Origin: Camelus ferus
Lineage: Eukaryota
Direction: 5' to 3'
Length of the DNA stretch: 64,000 bases
Assembly: GCF_009834535.1 (NCBI RefSeq)
Contig: NC_045696.1
Span: forward strand, 118,050,001-118,114,000
Within the stretch, counting starts at the first letter, position 1; each line of letters starts with the position of its first letter. Positions 13,001 to 26,251 of the stretch are shown piece by piece. Both the position numbers and the translations under genes were made by a program. The notes under the pieces are model-generated. The model was not told the DNA's origin, ran no database searches, and saw nothing but the letters and a program-made list of their open reading frames with translations.

Positions 13001-15044
13001 TAAAGAAAGGAAAAGTGTTAGCCCACAGGCCCCAGGTCTGAGTTAGACTTGGTGTTTCTAAATCCCCTTAGGGGGATGATATGGCTGAATTTAATTAGAA
13101 ATCTGTTTTTGTAAGCTTAAAGTTGTGAAAAAGTTAAAAGGTTGGATCATGCAAAAATAAAAATCACTCTGAGGCTCTTAGGGAATTTGAACCAGTAAAC
13201 TTAGATTTTTATTTCCTGCCAACTGTTTGCAGGAAGATTAAGAGATGTACAGGAATTATTAGTTTTAGATAAAAGCCAGCGTTTTATAAAGCAATTAATT
13301 TTTCATTAGTTCCACATAATTTTGGCAAAAAATAGTTTTGTTCCAATAAAGCTATTACATTTCAAGAGGTTACTCTAAAATATAGCCATTAACTTCGCAT
13401 TAATTTAGCCAGATTTATAACAGGCTAAACTACAGGCAGGAAAGCACTAATCGTTTTTTACAGAATATATTAGAATTAAAAGGAAAAAATTAAGATGAAA
13501 AATATTAAAAAACAGGTCATAAAACTTCTAAATTTCTAAGCATGGTTATGCATTTATTTAAAAGATGTGTTCCTATAATATTTCTTAAGCATATAAAATG
13601 AATTATATAAAGTTCACCTGAAGTTTTTGCATGGGGTTTATCTTGGAAATATCTGAAAGTTATTTTTATTACAATAAATTAATGCTATATTACAATAAAT
13701 AAAAAGTCCTTTACGAATTAAAACAAAAAAAACTTGTTAGCATTGAAAAATCTATTCACAGAGCCATCAGCTACTCTACCCTTTAGCATCCACAAAATTC
13801 CACACAAGTGGCTCATTCACCCAGATTAGTGGAGTGCCTCACCTCCAGGCTGAGTTCTTTAAACCTCACCAGAATGACAAAGAAGTCTAGCTGAGTGAGG
13901 AGAAGAGACCTCAGGGTCCTGGCAGGGGAATATTTTTTGTCTGTTGACCTCTAGTTCGGCCTCAGTGGGTATCACTCTCACCTCCATCCCCATCAACTCG
14001 TTCCAGCTAAGAGCCTCTCTCCCCAGCTCACAGCAGTCTTTTCCCCAAAACTCCCTCAAGTTCCATTCTTGTCCCCCATCCCAACTCAGTGTCTACTCTG
14101 TGGACAGAAAGCCCTTGTTTAAAATGTAAGTCAGGTCCTGTCATCCTAAACGGAAAACTCTCCATGGTTTCCCTTGCCTCTTGAATGAAGTCTCGCTCCT
14201 ACAGAGCCAAGACTTCCTCTTCTCTCCTCTGAGTGACACACTCCTTCACAGTCAGCACAGCCGGAGCCAGTGAGGTACCTTCAAGTGTCTGCAGCCACTT
14301 CTGACCCGGGTCAGTGCAGGCACCAGGTCAACGCTCAGTTCCTACGTTACCACCACTTTGGTTCGAAGATATCTGTCCCCGCATGATCCTGATGAGACTT
14401 TGTGTCCGCCCAGTTCTCAGATTTGTTGACTGGTTTTGTGCCCCTTTCTGCCCTTTGGACGGGGCACCTCATACACTCCTCCACATGGGATCCTGACTGC
14501 TTCTCGAACACCCTCTTTTTACACACCCAGCCTGGTTCAGCACAAGCACAGCATCTTCTTCATGAGCACTGCTCAAATGGTGGAGGTACCTTGCCTAGGC
14601 TGTGCCAGCACTGGGTGAGTCCGGGGAAGAACCTCACCATCCAGCGTTAATCTATTCTCCAATGACGGCACGTGTGCTCATAATGTCTGTCCCCACCCGT
14701 AGCTCAATATGTCTTTAAAGATAAGTGATGTACTTATGTAGACCATGTTAGTGGAGTGCGGAGGACTTAGCAGACGTCATACCCAACCTGGCTCAGCTCG
14801 GGGCACGATGGGACGTCACAAGGAGCTGGCTCCCAGAGGGGCACGAAGGCAGGACTAAAGAAACCCAACCAGGAGGAGGGCAGATCATTGACTCATCTAT
14901 TCAATTATCATCCACACAGCAAACTGTGTATGTTGATCGCTATAGTAGATAATGCAGAGGAAGAAATGAATAAAACACAGCTACCTACTTTTTATTTCTT
15001 TCTAAATTCTTGATTCCTCAACATCATGCATGTGGTATATGCAC

Positions 15045-15118
15045 AACACACGCACGCACACACACACGTGCACATGAACACATACACACTCATGCGCACA
15101 CACGTACACACGCACACA
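15045..15118. repeat. Imperfect (CA)n microsatellite
   Basis: 'cacacgcacgcacacacacacgtgcaca...'. Confidence 0.85.
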
Positions 15119-15169
15119 TTTTTCTTTCTCTGCTCAGTATCTTTAAGATTGCTTTAATAAGACTAGTGG

Positions 15170-16880
15170 GTCATTGTATATATAGAAAACCCAAGAGTTA
15201 AAGTGGAAAAACAATGAAAACTAATAATAACATTCACTTAAATGGTAGATTACTGGATAAATGTACAAAAATCAATAATTTCCTACATACAAACAACAAT
15301 CAAGTAGAAATTATTCCCATTTGCAACACCAAGTGAAAAGTATAAAATAGCTAATAAATAATCTAGTAAGAAATACATATAAAGAAAATACTAAATTTTT
15401 GAGGCACATGAAAGAAGTCTTGTGTAATTTGAGTGGAATACAGTATTTCTGTATCAGAAAACTCATTTCAAGTGTCATTTGGCTTCCTCACTGGCTGCAG
15501 GTAGAGGGCCTCAGTTCCCCATCACGGGGACCTCCTTATAGGGTTGACTGAGTTCACTCATGGCAGGACAGCTGACTTCACCCAGAGCCAGAAACAGAGA
15601 GATGGGAGGAGACAGAAGCCTCAATGTCTTTTATGATCTAATGTCAGAAGACACACTCCGTCATTTCTACGATAGCTATTCATTAGAAGTGGGTCATTAA
15701 GTTCAGCCCATACTCCAGGGGAAGAAAATTGGGCCCCACTCTTTGAAGGGAAGAGTGTCAAAGCATTTGGAGACTTATTTAAACACCCGTGAAATCAGGC
15801 CCAGAAGCTGACTGACCGCTCCATCTATTGCTTCTCTTATATTATTCTTCTTCACACCAGTTTCTATATGAGAAATATTTCATAATAATTTAAAGGTTAA
15901 ATATAGAAATTAAAGCCAGTAAATGAATCATATGCAAGTATTTTTAAATGTTACAATGAGTAAGGGATTTCTAAGCGTGACACCCAAAGTAGGAGCCAAA
16001 AAAAGAAAAGGAAAAGGCTGAAAGGTACAACAACATTTTTTAAGCCTACTTATCAAAAATCACCATCAGCAAAGTTACAATTCAAATGGAAAACTTAGAA
16101 AAAAATATTTGCAACATGTATGACAGATGAAGAGTTCTTGTTCTCAGTATCAAAGGGTGCTTTAAAGTCACTAAGAAAAAGCTAAATACATTAATTGAAT
16201 AAGAAGTTGACGTAAAGAGGCAATTAAAAAGAAAAAATAGAAAATACCAAAAAACATGCAAAGAAAATATTCAGCTTATTTGATCTTTAGTGATGTAAGA
16301 ACAGCAATTAAAAATGAAATCTCTATGTCATTTCAACTTAGCAAAGATTGGAAAAAGTGTGGTATTTTTCAAGATTTGGAGGAAAAGGGAATTTCATATG
16401 TCCACAGGTATATAAACTGATACAAGTTCTGCAGGGAAGTTTTCACTATATACCAACAACTTGGTAGAGTTGTCTGCCCTTTCACATAACAACTCTACTT
16501 CTAGCAATTTATCTTAAGAGCTAATTGGACAAAGATGTATGTATATAGATATTCATCACAGCATTTTTTATTATACTTCAAAAACTTTGAAACAACTTAA
16601 ATGTCCAAAAAGCTAAAGGTTTTGTTAAATAAATGATGGTGCAGTGGTGAATGATGGAATATACTGCCATTAATGTTCACGAAGCATATTTACTGACATG
16701 GAGGAAATTTATGAGGTTAAATGAATAATATATTTTAAATGGCATGTATAACATGATACAATTTTGAAAGAAAAAACTTTAAACAGTATGTGCATCAGGC
16801 ATATGTTAGCAGTGTTCAAATGCTACATAGAGCAAAATGTTAATAGTTTTATCTTTAAATGATACAGTTTTCATGTTTAT
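15170..16880 (+). mobile_element. Old L1ME/L1M ORF2-3'UTR remnant interrupted by an MLT1 LTR
   Basis: A-rich degenerate L1 text ('tacaaaaatcaata', 'aaaatatttgcaac', 'aaatgtccaaaa', 'atggaatatactgcc'). Confidence 0.7.
15478..15790 (-). mobile_element. MLT1 LTR fragment nested in L1
   Basis: 'gagggcctcagttcc...catggcagga...tttgaagggaagagtgtcaaag'; similar to 1590-1870. Confidence 0.7.
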
Positions 16881-17212
16881 TCCTGTTTAAAAAAATACTA
16901 CCTGTGAAATAAGCCCAAATCATAAATCCAGAGTTATTTCTTCAGTAACCCCTCAGTCTTTCTCCTTTCTCCATCACTAAGTGAGTAAATGATGGAAGAG
17001 GCTGAAACCCGTTATCATCAATTAATAGTCATTAACCCCTCCCCTCTAGCACAGCCTCTGTAATTTGCACAATAAAGAAATGAGTCTAAAATCCCGGGAT
17101 TTTCATGCACTTTACTGAACCTGCTAGTGTTTCTGCTTTTAAGCTAGAACTTTAGGCAGCACATCCAAAATGATATGTTCCCATGTAAAGCAAGTGATCA
17201 AAAACTTAAATG

Positions 17213-18358
17213 GGCTGCGCGTGGGCGCGGCAGGCGGGTGGGCCGCGGCCGGCTGTCGCGGTCGTGGTGGGTAATGCGGCCCTGGCTGGCACCTTGCGGT
17301 TGGCCGGGGAGTTAGCTTGGAACCCGGTTGCTGGGACGCATCAGGTCAAAGATGCCTTTCTTTGGGAATACATTCAGTCCGAAAAAGACGCCCTCTCGAA
17401 AGTCGGCTTCTCTCTCCAGCCTGCATAATTTGGATCGGTCAACCCGGGAGGTGGAGCTGGGTCTTGACTACGGAACCCCCACTATGAGCCTGGCGGGGCA
17501 AAGCCTGAAGTTTGAAAACGGCCAGTGGACAGCAGAGACAGGGATTAGTGGGGGTGTGGACCGGAGGGAGGCTCAGCGCCTCCGGAGACGGATCCAGCAG
17601 TTGGAGGAAGAAAAGAATCTCTTGCGGCTGAAGGTGGACATCCTGCTGGACATGGTGAGCTTTCTGAGACCACTGCCGAATCCCACTTAATGGAGAAGGA
17701 ATTGGATGAACTGAGGAGTGTCAGCCGGCGGAGAAAATGAAGACCCCAAAGACCTCTGTTAGGAGAATAGGGGGAAACCCATTGATCAGAAGAAGAGGAC
17801 CTGGCTGAGGGATTTTTTTTAGCCAAACTAGTAAATTAGGTCTTGGGAGAGAGTATCATATAATGGGGCCAAAAGGCACTGCCACCTTGGGTTGGCAGTA
17901 GGAAGGTGACAGCATTCCAGAGGAAACCAGGACTCCAGGCCAGTCCAGTGCTTCACAGCACAGGGAGGTCTGGGGTGATGAGAAGCCTTTGGGTACTCTT
18001 CCTGGCACTTAACATACACACACACACACGTGGCCCAGGCTCACCCTCATTGGACAGACTCTGTTGGGAGAAGCAGGAGTTTATCATATCCCCCCTCACA
18101 TTGGTGTTTGGGGTGTGTCACCAGTTGTACAGAGCCCTGCTGCAAGGGGGTCTCAGACGAGAGGTTCTCCTGGTTGTCTGCCCTTCAGGCCACTCTCTCC
18201 CTCCTGTAAAGAATACTGTTCCTGGAATCCACAACCTCCTCTGGCTTCAGCATCTTAGCAGCAAGCACCAGCCTTCCACAGCAACACTATATTTTTGTGC
18301 TACTTTCCTGTTTACCCTACTTTTTTAAATTAAATGATATTATATAATCAAAAAAAAA
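17213..18358 (+). pseudogene. CBY1: Processed pseudogene (retrocopy) of CBY1/Chibby, beta-catenin antagonist and ciliary protein
   Basis: Intronless. ATG at 17352 gives MPFFGNTFSPKKT...LLRLKVDILLDM; the native C-terminus LSETTAESHLMEKELDELRSVSRRRK* is in another frame at 17660-17740. GC-rich 5'UTR, ATTAAA at 18329-18334, poly(A) from 18350, TSD AAAAACTTAAATG at 17200-17212 and 18359-18371. Confidence 0.96.
17352..17690 (+). CDS. Residual 112-aa frameshifted Chibby ORF (residues 1-101 + VSFLRPLPNPT); expression unknown
   Basis: Open from ATG 17352 to TAA 17688-17690; frameshift caused by GTGAG at 17655-17659. Confidence 0.3.
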   Translation: MPFFGNTFSPKKTPSRKSASLSSLHNLDRSTREVELGLDYGTPTMSLAGQSLKFENGQWTAETGISGGVDRREAQRLRRRIQQLEEEKNLLRLKVDILLDMVSFLRPLPNPT

Positions 18359-19570
18359 AAAAACTTAAATGATCTGGGTCTGTCTTATACACCTAAAAAG
18401 CTCACTGTAGCTTTTACCAGTGTGGTTTACCATTTCTCAAAATTGCATCTATGACATCTGCCTCTGTCATTTTAGAGACGATTGAAAGTTTGATATTGAA
18501 TATGGAATGTTATTATACTGCATAACAGGTCTGTAATTGATGGTTAATCACTCATATTGAAAGGCAGCCAAGGCCAAATAGACTATGCACTTAGTATTTC
18601 TTTTTCTTATGTTCTAATGGATTCATGCTTTTAATTAAATTAGCCAAATTCTGGCAAGAAAAAAACAAAATCAAAGAAAACAAGTTGCCACTTAAACATT
18701 TTAAAAAGTCAAAAATGACTACATAAACTGCATAATAATAAAAATATATTTCCAAAAGCAATGGCCAACACAAAGCACCATTCACTTTTTAAAAAAAAAA
18801 AATAGAGCATTCCTATTTTAAAGCAAGAAAGAATTTGCAGTACAATGAGTTACCTTAAAGATAAAGAAATTCTAAATTTTACTTGGTAAGAAAGAATAAA
18901 TGAATTTCATCTTCTTTTCTTAACTTTCTCACCAAACACCTTTATTCCTATAAGGCAGCACATACCAGATCAAACCAATGTAAACTTACAAAGATGTTTT
19001 GAAATTGTCTGATTCATTTGGGAAAATGTTTATGAGTGACTTCCTAATATTTTCCTGGATCATCATTGATTATCTTTGAAACAGAAGTATTGGCTGAATG
19101 GTATTTTTCCTTCTAGAATATTGAAGAAAAGATTTCATCCCTTTAGAGCTATCAATTCCCACTGAGAATCAACTCCTTTGATGGTATTAAATAAATAATA
19201 AGAATAAAGTTATAATATCCGATGTCTGATTCAGCACCCAGCTTAATGAGTTTTAAGGCAATGTTAAGTGCTTTGAAATCTTCAGGGAGCAGGAAGGACA
19301 ATATACTGGATCACCCATTTGGAATAGAACATCATTCTATCAGAGATTAATATTTCAATTTCATTTTACTTCAATATTTTCACTTTGATCTCTTTTGCAT
19401 TGCCTATCTATATTTTATGGAGACAACCAGGATGTAATATAATACAGAAATAAGCAAAAATTCTAAGGAGCTCAGAAATATTTGAGAGGTTGTCTAGTCT
19501 TTTCTCTCATTGATATTTAATAAAAGCTTATTACAGTAAACTGGATAGCACTGTACTAGTATTTAAAAGA

Positions 19571-19795
19571 TTAGCCAATACAAACTACTGTATATAAAAT
19601 AGTTAAACAACATGGTCCTACTCTACAGTACAGGGAACTATATTCAATATTCTGTAACAAACCATAATGGAAAAGAATATGAAAAAGAAATATATATATA
19701 CACACACATATATATACATAAATACGTATAACTGAGTCACTTTGCTGTATACCAGAAACTAACACAACATTGTAAATCAACTATTTTTTAAAAAG
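19571..19795 (+). mobile_element. 5'-truncated L1 3'UTR tail (artiodactyl-type)
   Basis: 'tacaaactactgtatataaaatag...cagggaactatattcaata...ctgagtcactttgctgtataccagaaactaacacaacattgtaaatcaact'. Confidence 0.85.
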
Positions 19796-22700
19796 AGGCA
19801 TCCGTTACATAAGAGAAATAAGCTCTCTTCATTATCTCTGGGACCGCTGTCTGGTCTTGTGCCCAGTCTGGGCCTCAGTCTTCTTACCTAAAAAACATTG
19901 GCTAATGAGACAGTCTCCAGCTGCAACATTCTTCGAGTGCATGAAATCCAAGTCAAGAAAGACCAGTCTCTGAGAACGTCTAATTAAGGTGGCTTGTGCT
20001 ACAATATAGTGGTACTTCCTTAGAAATCCCAACCTAAGAACTCTCAACTTTTGAGAACTCCGAAGTTCATATATTGAGAAAACCAAATTCCCTCCCAAGG
20101 AAGATAGAAGTCACCTTCCAATACCAATTCACTTTGACTAGTGGCATAATTTGTTCAAAATGCTTTTAGAACCAGACCAGAACATATCTGAGGTCATCAT
20201 CTGCAAGCCACCCCTAGGTCCCCAAGGGTTAAGGGGTGTGGAAAATTAAAAAAAGCAAAGGGCTTTTCGTCGTGACTTAGCCTAGTGGTTTCTTCCCTTT
20301 TCAGTATCATCAAGAATTCATTCCACAAAACTAAGGAGAGTTTTAAAAATTCCATTATGAGTTCACTCCTGGTAGGTCTGGCTCCCTGGAGATGAAAACA
20401 CTGAGGACCATCCATTTCTTTGAGACATGGGTCCCAGACAAAGCCTTGCCACCCCTGAGAGATGGGTACACCCTCTCCTTTCTGATGGCTGATCTGTAAT
20501 TTAGCATGCTTCCCTCTCACCCAGCCTGCCAAGACACTTAGACTTAAGGTCGAAACTCAGTCATAGCGACCACATGAACGGTTTGCAGTTAGCATATTTT
20601 CCGTGTCCTTTTTTCTATAGCCTGCTTTTCTATTTTATTAACCTTGCTGCTAAGTCACTTTTTATGTCACTGCAAACTCTTCAGGAAAGAGGTGAAGTAT
20701 AAATAAATACAACAGTAAAATGAGCATAACATGTAAAAATTACAGTCTATATTCAAAGAGCAACATTCTTCACATCTGTAAGGATATTAAAAGTGAACTT
20801 ATTTGGAAGTGAACAGCATGATATCAGCAAAATTTAGACAAGTAAGTAATTTGTTTATTAGATCCTTCATCAACTGTCTCAATCCATTTTGCTTTATTAA
20901 TCTCTCGGGGAAAATCAAGACCTCTCTGAACACTTGGAGTGCTCAATTAAATTAAATATTTTGTAAAAATACATGTAACTAATTTTTCGGGGAACGTCTT
21001 AACTTCAAAGTGGAAACAAAACTCTTAGGAACTGGAGGCTCTATGTTATTTAGGGGAGTGTTGGCTGCTGTAACAAACACAAAATGAATAGTGACTCAAA
21101 CATTTGAAGTTTATTTTTCATTCATGGAGGAGTCTGAGAGTTTTTTCTTGTTGGCAGGCAGATCTACTCCACGTGGTGCTTTAGGGACCTGGGTTCCTTC
21201 CACCTTTGGCTTTGCTTTGACAGCTCCAAGGGCACCCAGCTGTCTTAAAGGAAAGCACTGGCCTGAACACAACACTTTCACTCACTTGCCATTGGTGGAG
21301 ACTAGTAAGGTGGCCACCTTGAGATGTAAAGCTAGGGCTGGTGGGGGTTGGGGGTTAGGACTAGGAAATGTAGGTCATGGCTGAATGGCCAGTATCCCAC
21401 CATGACTCCACACAATGAAAACAGAAACATAAACATATGTGGGCAGCTGGCTCTTCCTGCTATAGATTCATGCCTTTCCACCCTTTGTGTTTTCTTCTCC
21501 CAAACTCTTCGACCTCTATGCAAGGGCAAACAACTCAAACACCCAGGGGTAGTTTGATAACTTGGCTTGGTCTGTGTCAGACTAGCTTGCTGGCAGAGAA
21601 GAGCTGCTGATAAGAGGCAGCTGAGCAGAACCAGGATTCACATCAAAGAAAAGACAAGAAAACACCAGCCCTGAGGTCATGGATGTCCTCCTTCTGTGCT
21701 GTTGGTCCATGGGAAAGATAAACTATACAGACCACCACAGACTCAACTTCATTCTTTCATCAGTGAAGTTTCTTTGTTTGATGTGTTACAGATATGATAC
21801 CTCAGACTCTTCTTATCGATAAATTTACAAATCAGAAGATGCCTTTGTCAAGCCATATATCCTAATGTTTATTCAAGAAATACAATTATAATCTGGGTTC
21901 TGGGTCTAGCTCAGCCAATAAATAGATGTGTGACTTCAGACAAGCCACTTCACCTCTATTGCACCCAACTTTTTCACTAAAAAATTTTTTTTTAATTTTT
22001 TTAATTAAAATTTTTAAACGAAAGGATTGGACCAGATGGTTGCCAATGTCCAACTAAGATTCAACTGAAAAATTCTGTGATCTGAGTGGTATATAAACCT
22101 AACTCAATCTGAACACACTTAACATGTTTTGGCATCAATGGTAAACCAAGTTATTGTAATGAAGGCATGCATTGATTGGGTTTTGAACAAGTAATGGTTT
22201 GTTAAATGCAAATATTGCCCACAGTGGGGATTGTTTCCTTGTATCAGACAGTGTTTAACCAAATGCCTACTCTACTGCTGTAGAATAAGTAGAGTTGAGA
22301 TAGGCCTTTACCTCTTTACAAACATGACACTGCATTTATTTGAATTGCATGAAACTTCATGCACAGCTTCTGAACCTGAGAAGAGGATGCACTAAAGTTA
22401 ATTAATCGGAGTGTGTTATAAAAGTAAATACTAGTCTTCACCCACTGGGTGTTTTAGAATGTCATTCAGTAAATAGCTGAATGGATAGTTTAGTAAACTA
22501 AATCATAATCTAGTTACCCAACTAGGTAACTGCCTTCCTTAAGCAGCACCCCGGGCCAGGGAGCAGCTGAGGCAGGAAAGGGGGGCATCCTCACACACTC
22601 CCCGGGCACCACTTAGAGGAGCCCATGCTTGGGGATCTGCCCTGGACACCCCTCCAGTGTCTTCCAGAACTTCATAGAGTTCAGCATCCACTGTGCCTCC

Positions 22701-23430
22701 CCTACAAATAGCACCAAGAAGAATCACCCAACAGCCAACTCTTGATTTACGAACTGAATAGCAAGATCTTGGGGTCTGATTTCCAAACCCTCACTAGGGA
22801 AGTCTGATGCAGTTCTGGAAACCAGTAGGCAGCATAAAAGCGGGAGGGGTCAGTTTTACAGAGGCCTGGAGGGGGTGTTTGGAAAAGGCTTCACAGATTA
22901 AGTGACACTTGAGAAAGTCCTTCAAAGACAGGAGGGGTGGGAGGTGGACAAGGAGGGATAATCTTCCTAAAATAAATGGGCTGGAGAAATAAACCAGGAC
23001 AACGTCGTGGAGGATCTGGTACAGGAGGCTCAAGAGTGTGAAAGTCAGCCTGTGGATAATGGAAAGTCCCTCACGGATTTTTAAGCATCAGGGTAACAGA
23101 TAAAACTGCATTTTACTAAGATTGTTATCCTGGCAACAGTGTGGAGGAGAAACTATTGGCCAGAGTGGAAACAGGGGGCCAGTCAGGAGACAACTGTGGT
23201 AGTTACTACTGTATTGGTTTAGGATATACACTATGACATGTTTCCCAGGCAGAAATGGCCCCTCACCCCACCCCAAGCCTTAGGTGTGTTCATGAGCAAC
23301 AGGAAATCTCACACAGACAAATGTTCCTAATCTGTACACAGATGCTCCCAGGCAGTATCCTTAGCTCGAGTTGTATTTATGAAATTGGAGGGAGTTAGAG
23401 GAGAATGCCTTCCTTTTTACTGATCACTTT

Positions 23431-24104
23431 TTTTTAACATTTTTTATTGATTTATAATCATTTCACAATGTTGTGTCAAATTCCAGTGTTTAGCACAATT
23501 TATCAGTTATACATGAACATATATATATATATATTCACTGTCATATTTTTTTCTCTGTGAGCTACCACAAGATCTTGTATATATTTCCCTGTGCTATACA
23601 GTATAATCTTGTTTATCTATTCTACAATTCTGAAATCCCGTCTATCCCTTCCCACCCTCCACCCCCTTGGCAACCACAAGTTTGTATCCTATGTCTATGA
23701 GTCTGTTTCTGTTTTGTGTTTATGCTTTGTTTGTTTGTTTTTGTTTTTGTTTTTAGATTGCACATATAAGCAATCTCATATGGTATTTTTCTTTCTCTTT
23801 CTGGCTTACTTCACTTAGAATGACATTCTCCAGGAACATCCATATTGCTGCAAATGGAGTTATGTTGTCAGTTTTTCTGGCTGAGTAGTATTCCATTGTA
23901 TAAATATACCACTTCTTCTTTATCCAGTCACCTGTTGATGGACATTTAGGCTGTCTCCATGTCTTGGCTATTGTAAATAGTGCTGCTATGAACATTGGGG
24001 TGCAGGTGTCATCCTGAAGTAGGGTTCCTTCTGGATATAAGCCCAGGAGTGGGATTCCTGGGTCATTCAGTAAGTCTCTTCCTAGTCTTTTGAGGAATCT
24101 CTGT
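23431..24104 (-). mobile_element. Relatively young 5'-truncated L1 (ORF2 C-terminus + 3'UTR)
   Basis: ORF 23753-24115(-) has the L1 ORF2 end (IPLLGLYP...CTPMFIAALFTIAKTW.QPKCPS..WIKK.WYIYTMEYYSA); T-tail at 23428; atcacttt direct repeats at 23423 and 24105. Confidence 0.93.
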
Positions 24105-24159
24105 ATCACTTTCAATTACACAGTGGGACTGTCTTTTGCCAGATATACCTTGTGATTTA

Positions 24160-24446
24160 GATTGTTACTTCTTTATATGTGTAGAAGGACCAGGTTTTGT
24201 GTTTCCTTTTTCCAATTTGCCACAGGCTGACACTTTCATCACATACAATAATGATAAATCCTGGGAAAAATGAAATGAAAAAGCAAAGAATACAAAACAT
24301 AAGCCCATTTTCTAATTTTATTAAACAAACATAACTCCATCAAATTGCTGTCAGAGTCTCTGAACGCTTACTCTCAATTTCTGCCCCGTACCAGTGAGAG
24401 TTTGCACAGACAGACCAGTCCACAGACCACACTGGGTAGCACTGGT
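24160..24446. mobile_element. hAT-Charlie-type DNA transposon remnant
   Basis: Ends with 'ccacagaccacactgggtagcactg', resembling a Charlie terminal repeat. Confidence 0.45.
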
Positions 24447-25089
24447 CCAGATGGGCACAGGAAAAGGTGTGGAGCACTGGAAAATGGCAACATCTGAGGG
24501 GACCCCAGACTCCCCTAGACTGGTCTCCCCAAAGAGATTGAATGCTGACAGTACTAAGACTATTAGGCAGACCTGGTGAGACACAAAGTCCAGCTTTGTG
24601 TCATGAAATGATGTAAAAGCAGTGTTTTTATTAGATTTGGGTCAATGGTGGTATTTCCCTCCTACATAACTTTGCTTTCAGCAACCACTGAGACCCATAT
24701 TTAAACATGTTAGCACTGATGAGCGATGCCAGAAAAAATATAATCAAACAAAGTGACTAAATTAATAATTTATACACTAACAACCATGTGAAAATATAAG
24801 GCGTGAGGAATTAAATTAGAAAAACAAAGTGTAATCTAAATTAGAGTGCATCTCGATTAAATTAGATCCCCCAGCAGTGCTGTAAGTTTAGTTGAAGCCC
24901 ATAGCACTACAGTGACCATAACATCACTAACGGTAACTAGACTTGGAGCTTATGTGGTATCTCTGAAGCACTTATAAATACTTGTGTGGTTGCTTCCCTT
25001 AAGCTTAAGTGGTCGTAAGACTCTACCCAGATTTCTCTTTATCGTGCAATAATAATCATTATTCAGTGAACAGTGGTTAACTTCAGAGA

Positions 25090-25290
25090 TGTTATCTCTT
25101 TAAACACACCCCAACAGCTCTGTATGGTAAGTATGATATTCCCCTATTTTAAAGATGAGAAGATTGAGGTTCAGAGAGGGTAGGTACCTTCTGAAATGTG
25201 CACAGTTGTTAAGAGAAAGGGCTGAGTTGAAACCCAGATCTCTGATGCCAAAGCTTGGCCTTCAAGCCAACGTGTTCTACTGTTCTCTGC
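25090..25290 (-). mobile_element. MIR SINE
   Basis: 'cctattttaaagatgagaagattgaggttcagagaggg...gttgaaacccagatctctga'. Confidence 0.75.
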
Positions 25291-25464
25291 CTGGTCTTCA
25301 ACAGCAGGGGACGTCTGACCCAGACACTAGAGACAGCCTGGCTGGAGTTGCTTTTCAGCTTTGAATGTGAGGGAGATACACTAGTCCTTGACCCTTAGTC
25401 AGTAGTAAAAACCCTAGCAAGGTGCTACCACCCAGGCCAGCCCCATCTCTGCACCTGCCTGCCT

Positions 25465-26050
25465 TTTTTTCAAATTTTCGTTTTTGTCATAACTTTAAAC
25501 TAATAGACAACTTGCAAAAAAACAGTACAGAAAGTTCCCATATACCCTTTACCCGCTAACATTCCCATCCTACTTAAGCACAGTACCATTCATGAACACA
25601 GGAAGCTAATGTTGTTACAATACTATAAAGCCACAGACCATACTGGAATTTTGTCAGCTTTCCTATTATTGCCATATTTCCTGTTGCAGGATCCCTTCTT
25701 GCATTTAGTTTTTCTCTCTCCTTTGTCTCCTCCAATCTGTGAATGTTCCTCAGTTCTCTTGTAGAATGTCCCTCAAATTAGACTTGCTGGATAGTTTGTC
25801 ATCATTCCCTCACAGTTGTGGGTTTGGGGCAGAACACCACAGAGATGACGTGCCTTCCTAGCGTTTTGTGTCAAGCGAAACACGTCAATCAATACGTATC
25901 ATCACTAGTGATATTAAACTTGATCAAGGTGTTGTTTACCAGATTTCCCCACTGAAAAGTTACTATATTTTCACTTTGTGATTAATAAATATTTATTTGG
26001 GGAGGATACTTTGAGATCATGTTGACAGCCTTTTTAACTTTGACATATCA
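25465..26050 (-). mobile_element. Old L1MC/L1ME 3'UTR remnant
   Basis: 'agtacagaaagttcccatataccc', 'ttgtagaatgtccctcaa', 'ggggaggatactttgaga'. Confidence 0.6.
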
Positions 26051-26251
26051 GCTTGTTAATTTTGGCATATTTTTTAAGTGGAAATGTGTTTTAACACATG
26101 ATTAACATGGTTTGAGACATTTACTATAGATACTGCACTGATTCTGATCAACCCTGACCATCCATTTATGTTTTAAAGACTATATATACATATGTGTGTG
26201 TATCTATCTTTGTCTGTACACATATATATTCAGATTTATTTTGTGAGTAAG

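Noticed and set aside
17906..18328. 140-aa ORF downstream of the CBY1 CDS
   Set aside because: It lies in the retrocopied 3'UTR, has a non-ATG start and shows no similarity to a known protein.
17213..18358. Functional parental CBY1 gene
   Set aside because: It is intronless, frameshifted, and has a poly(A) tail and TSD.
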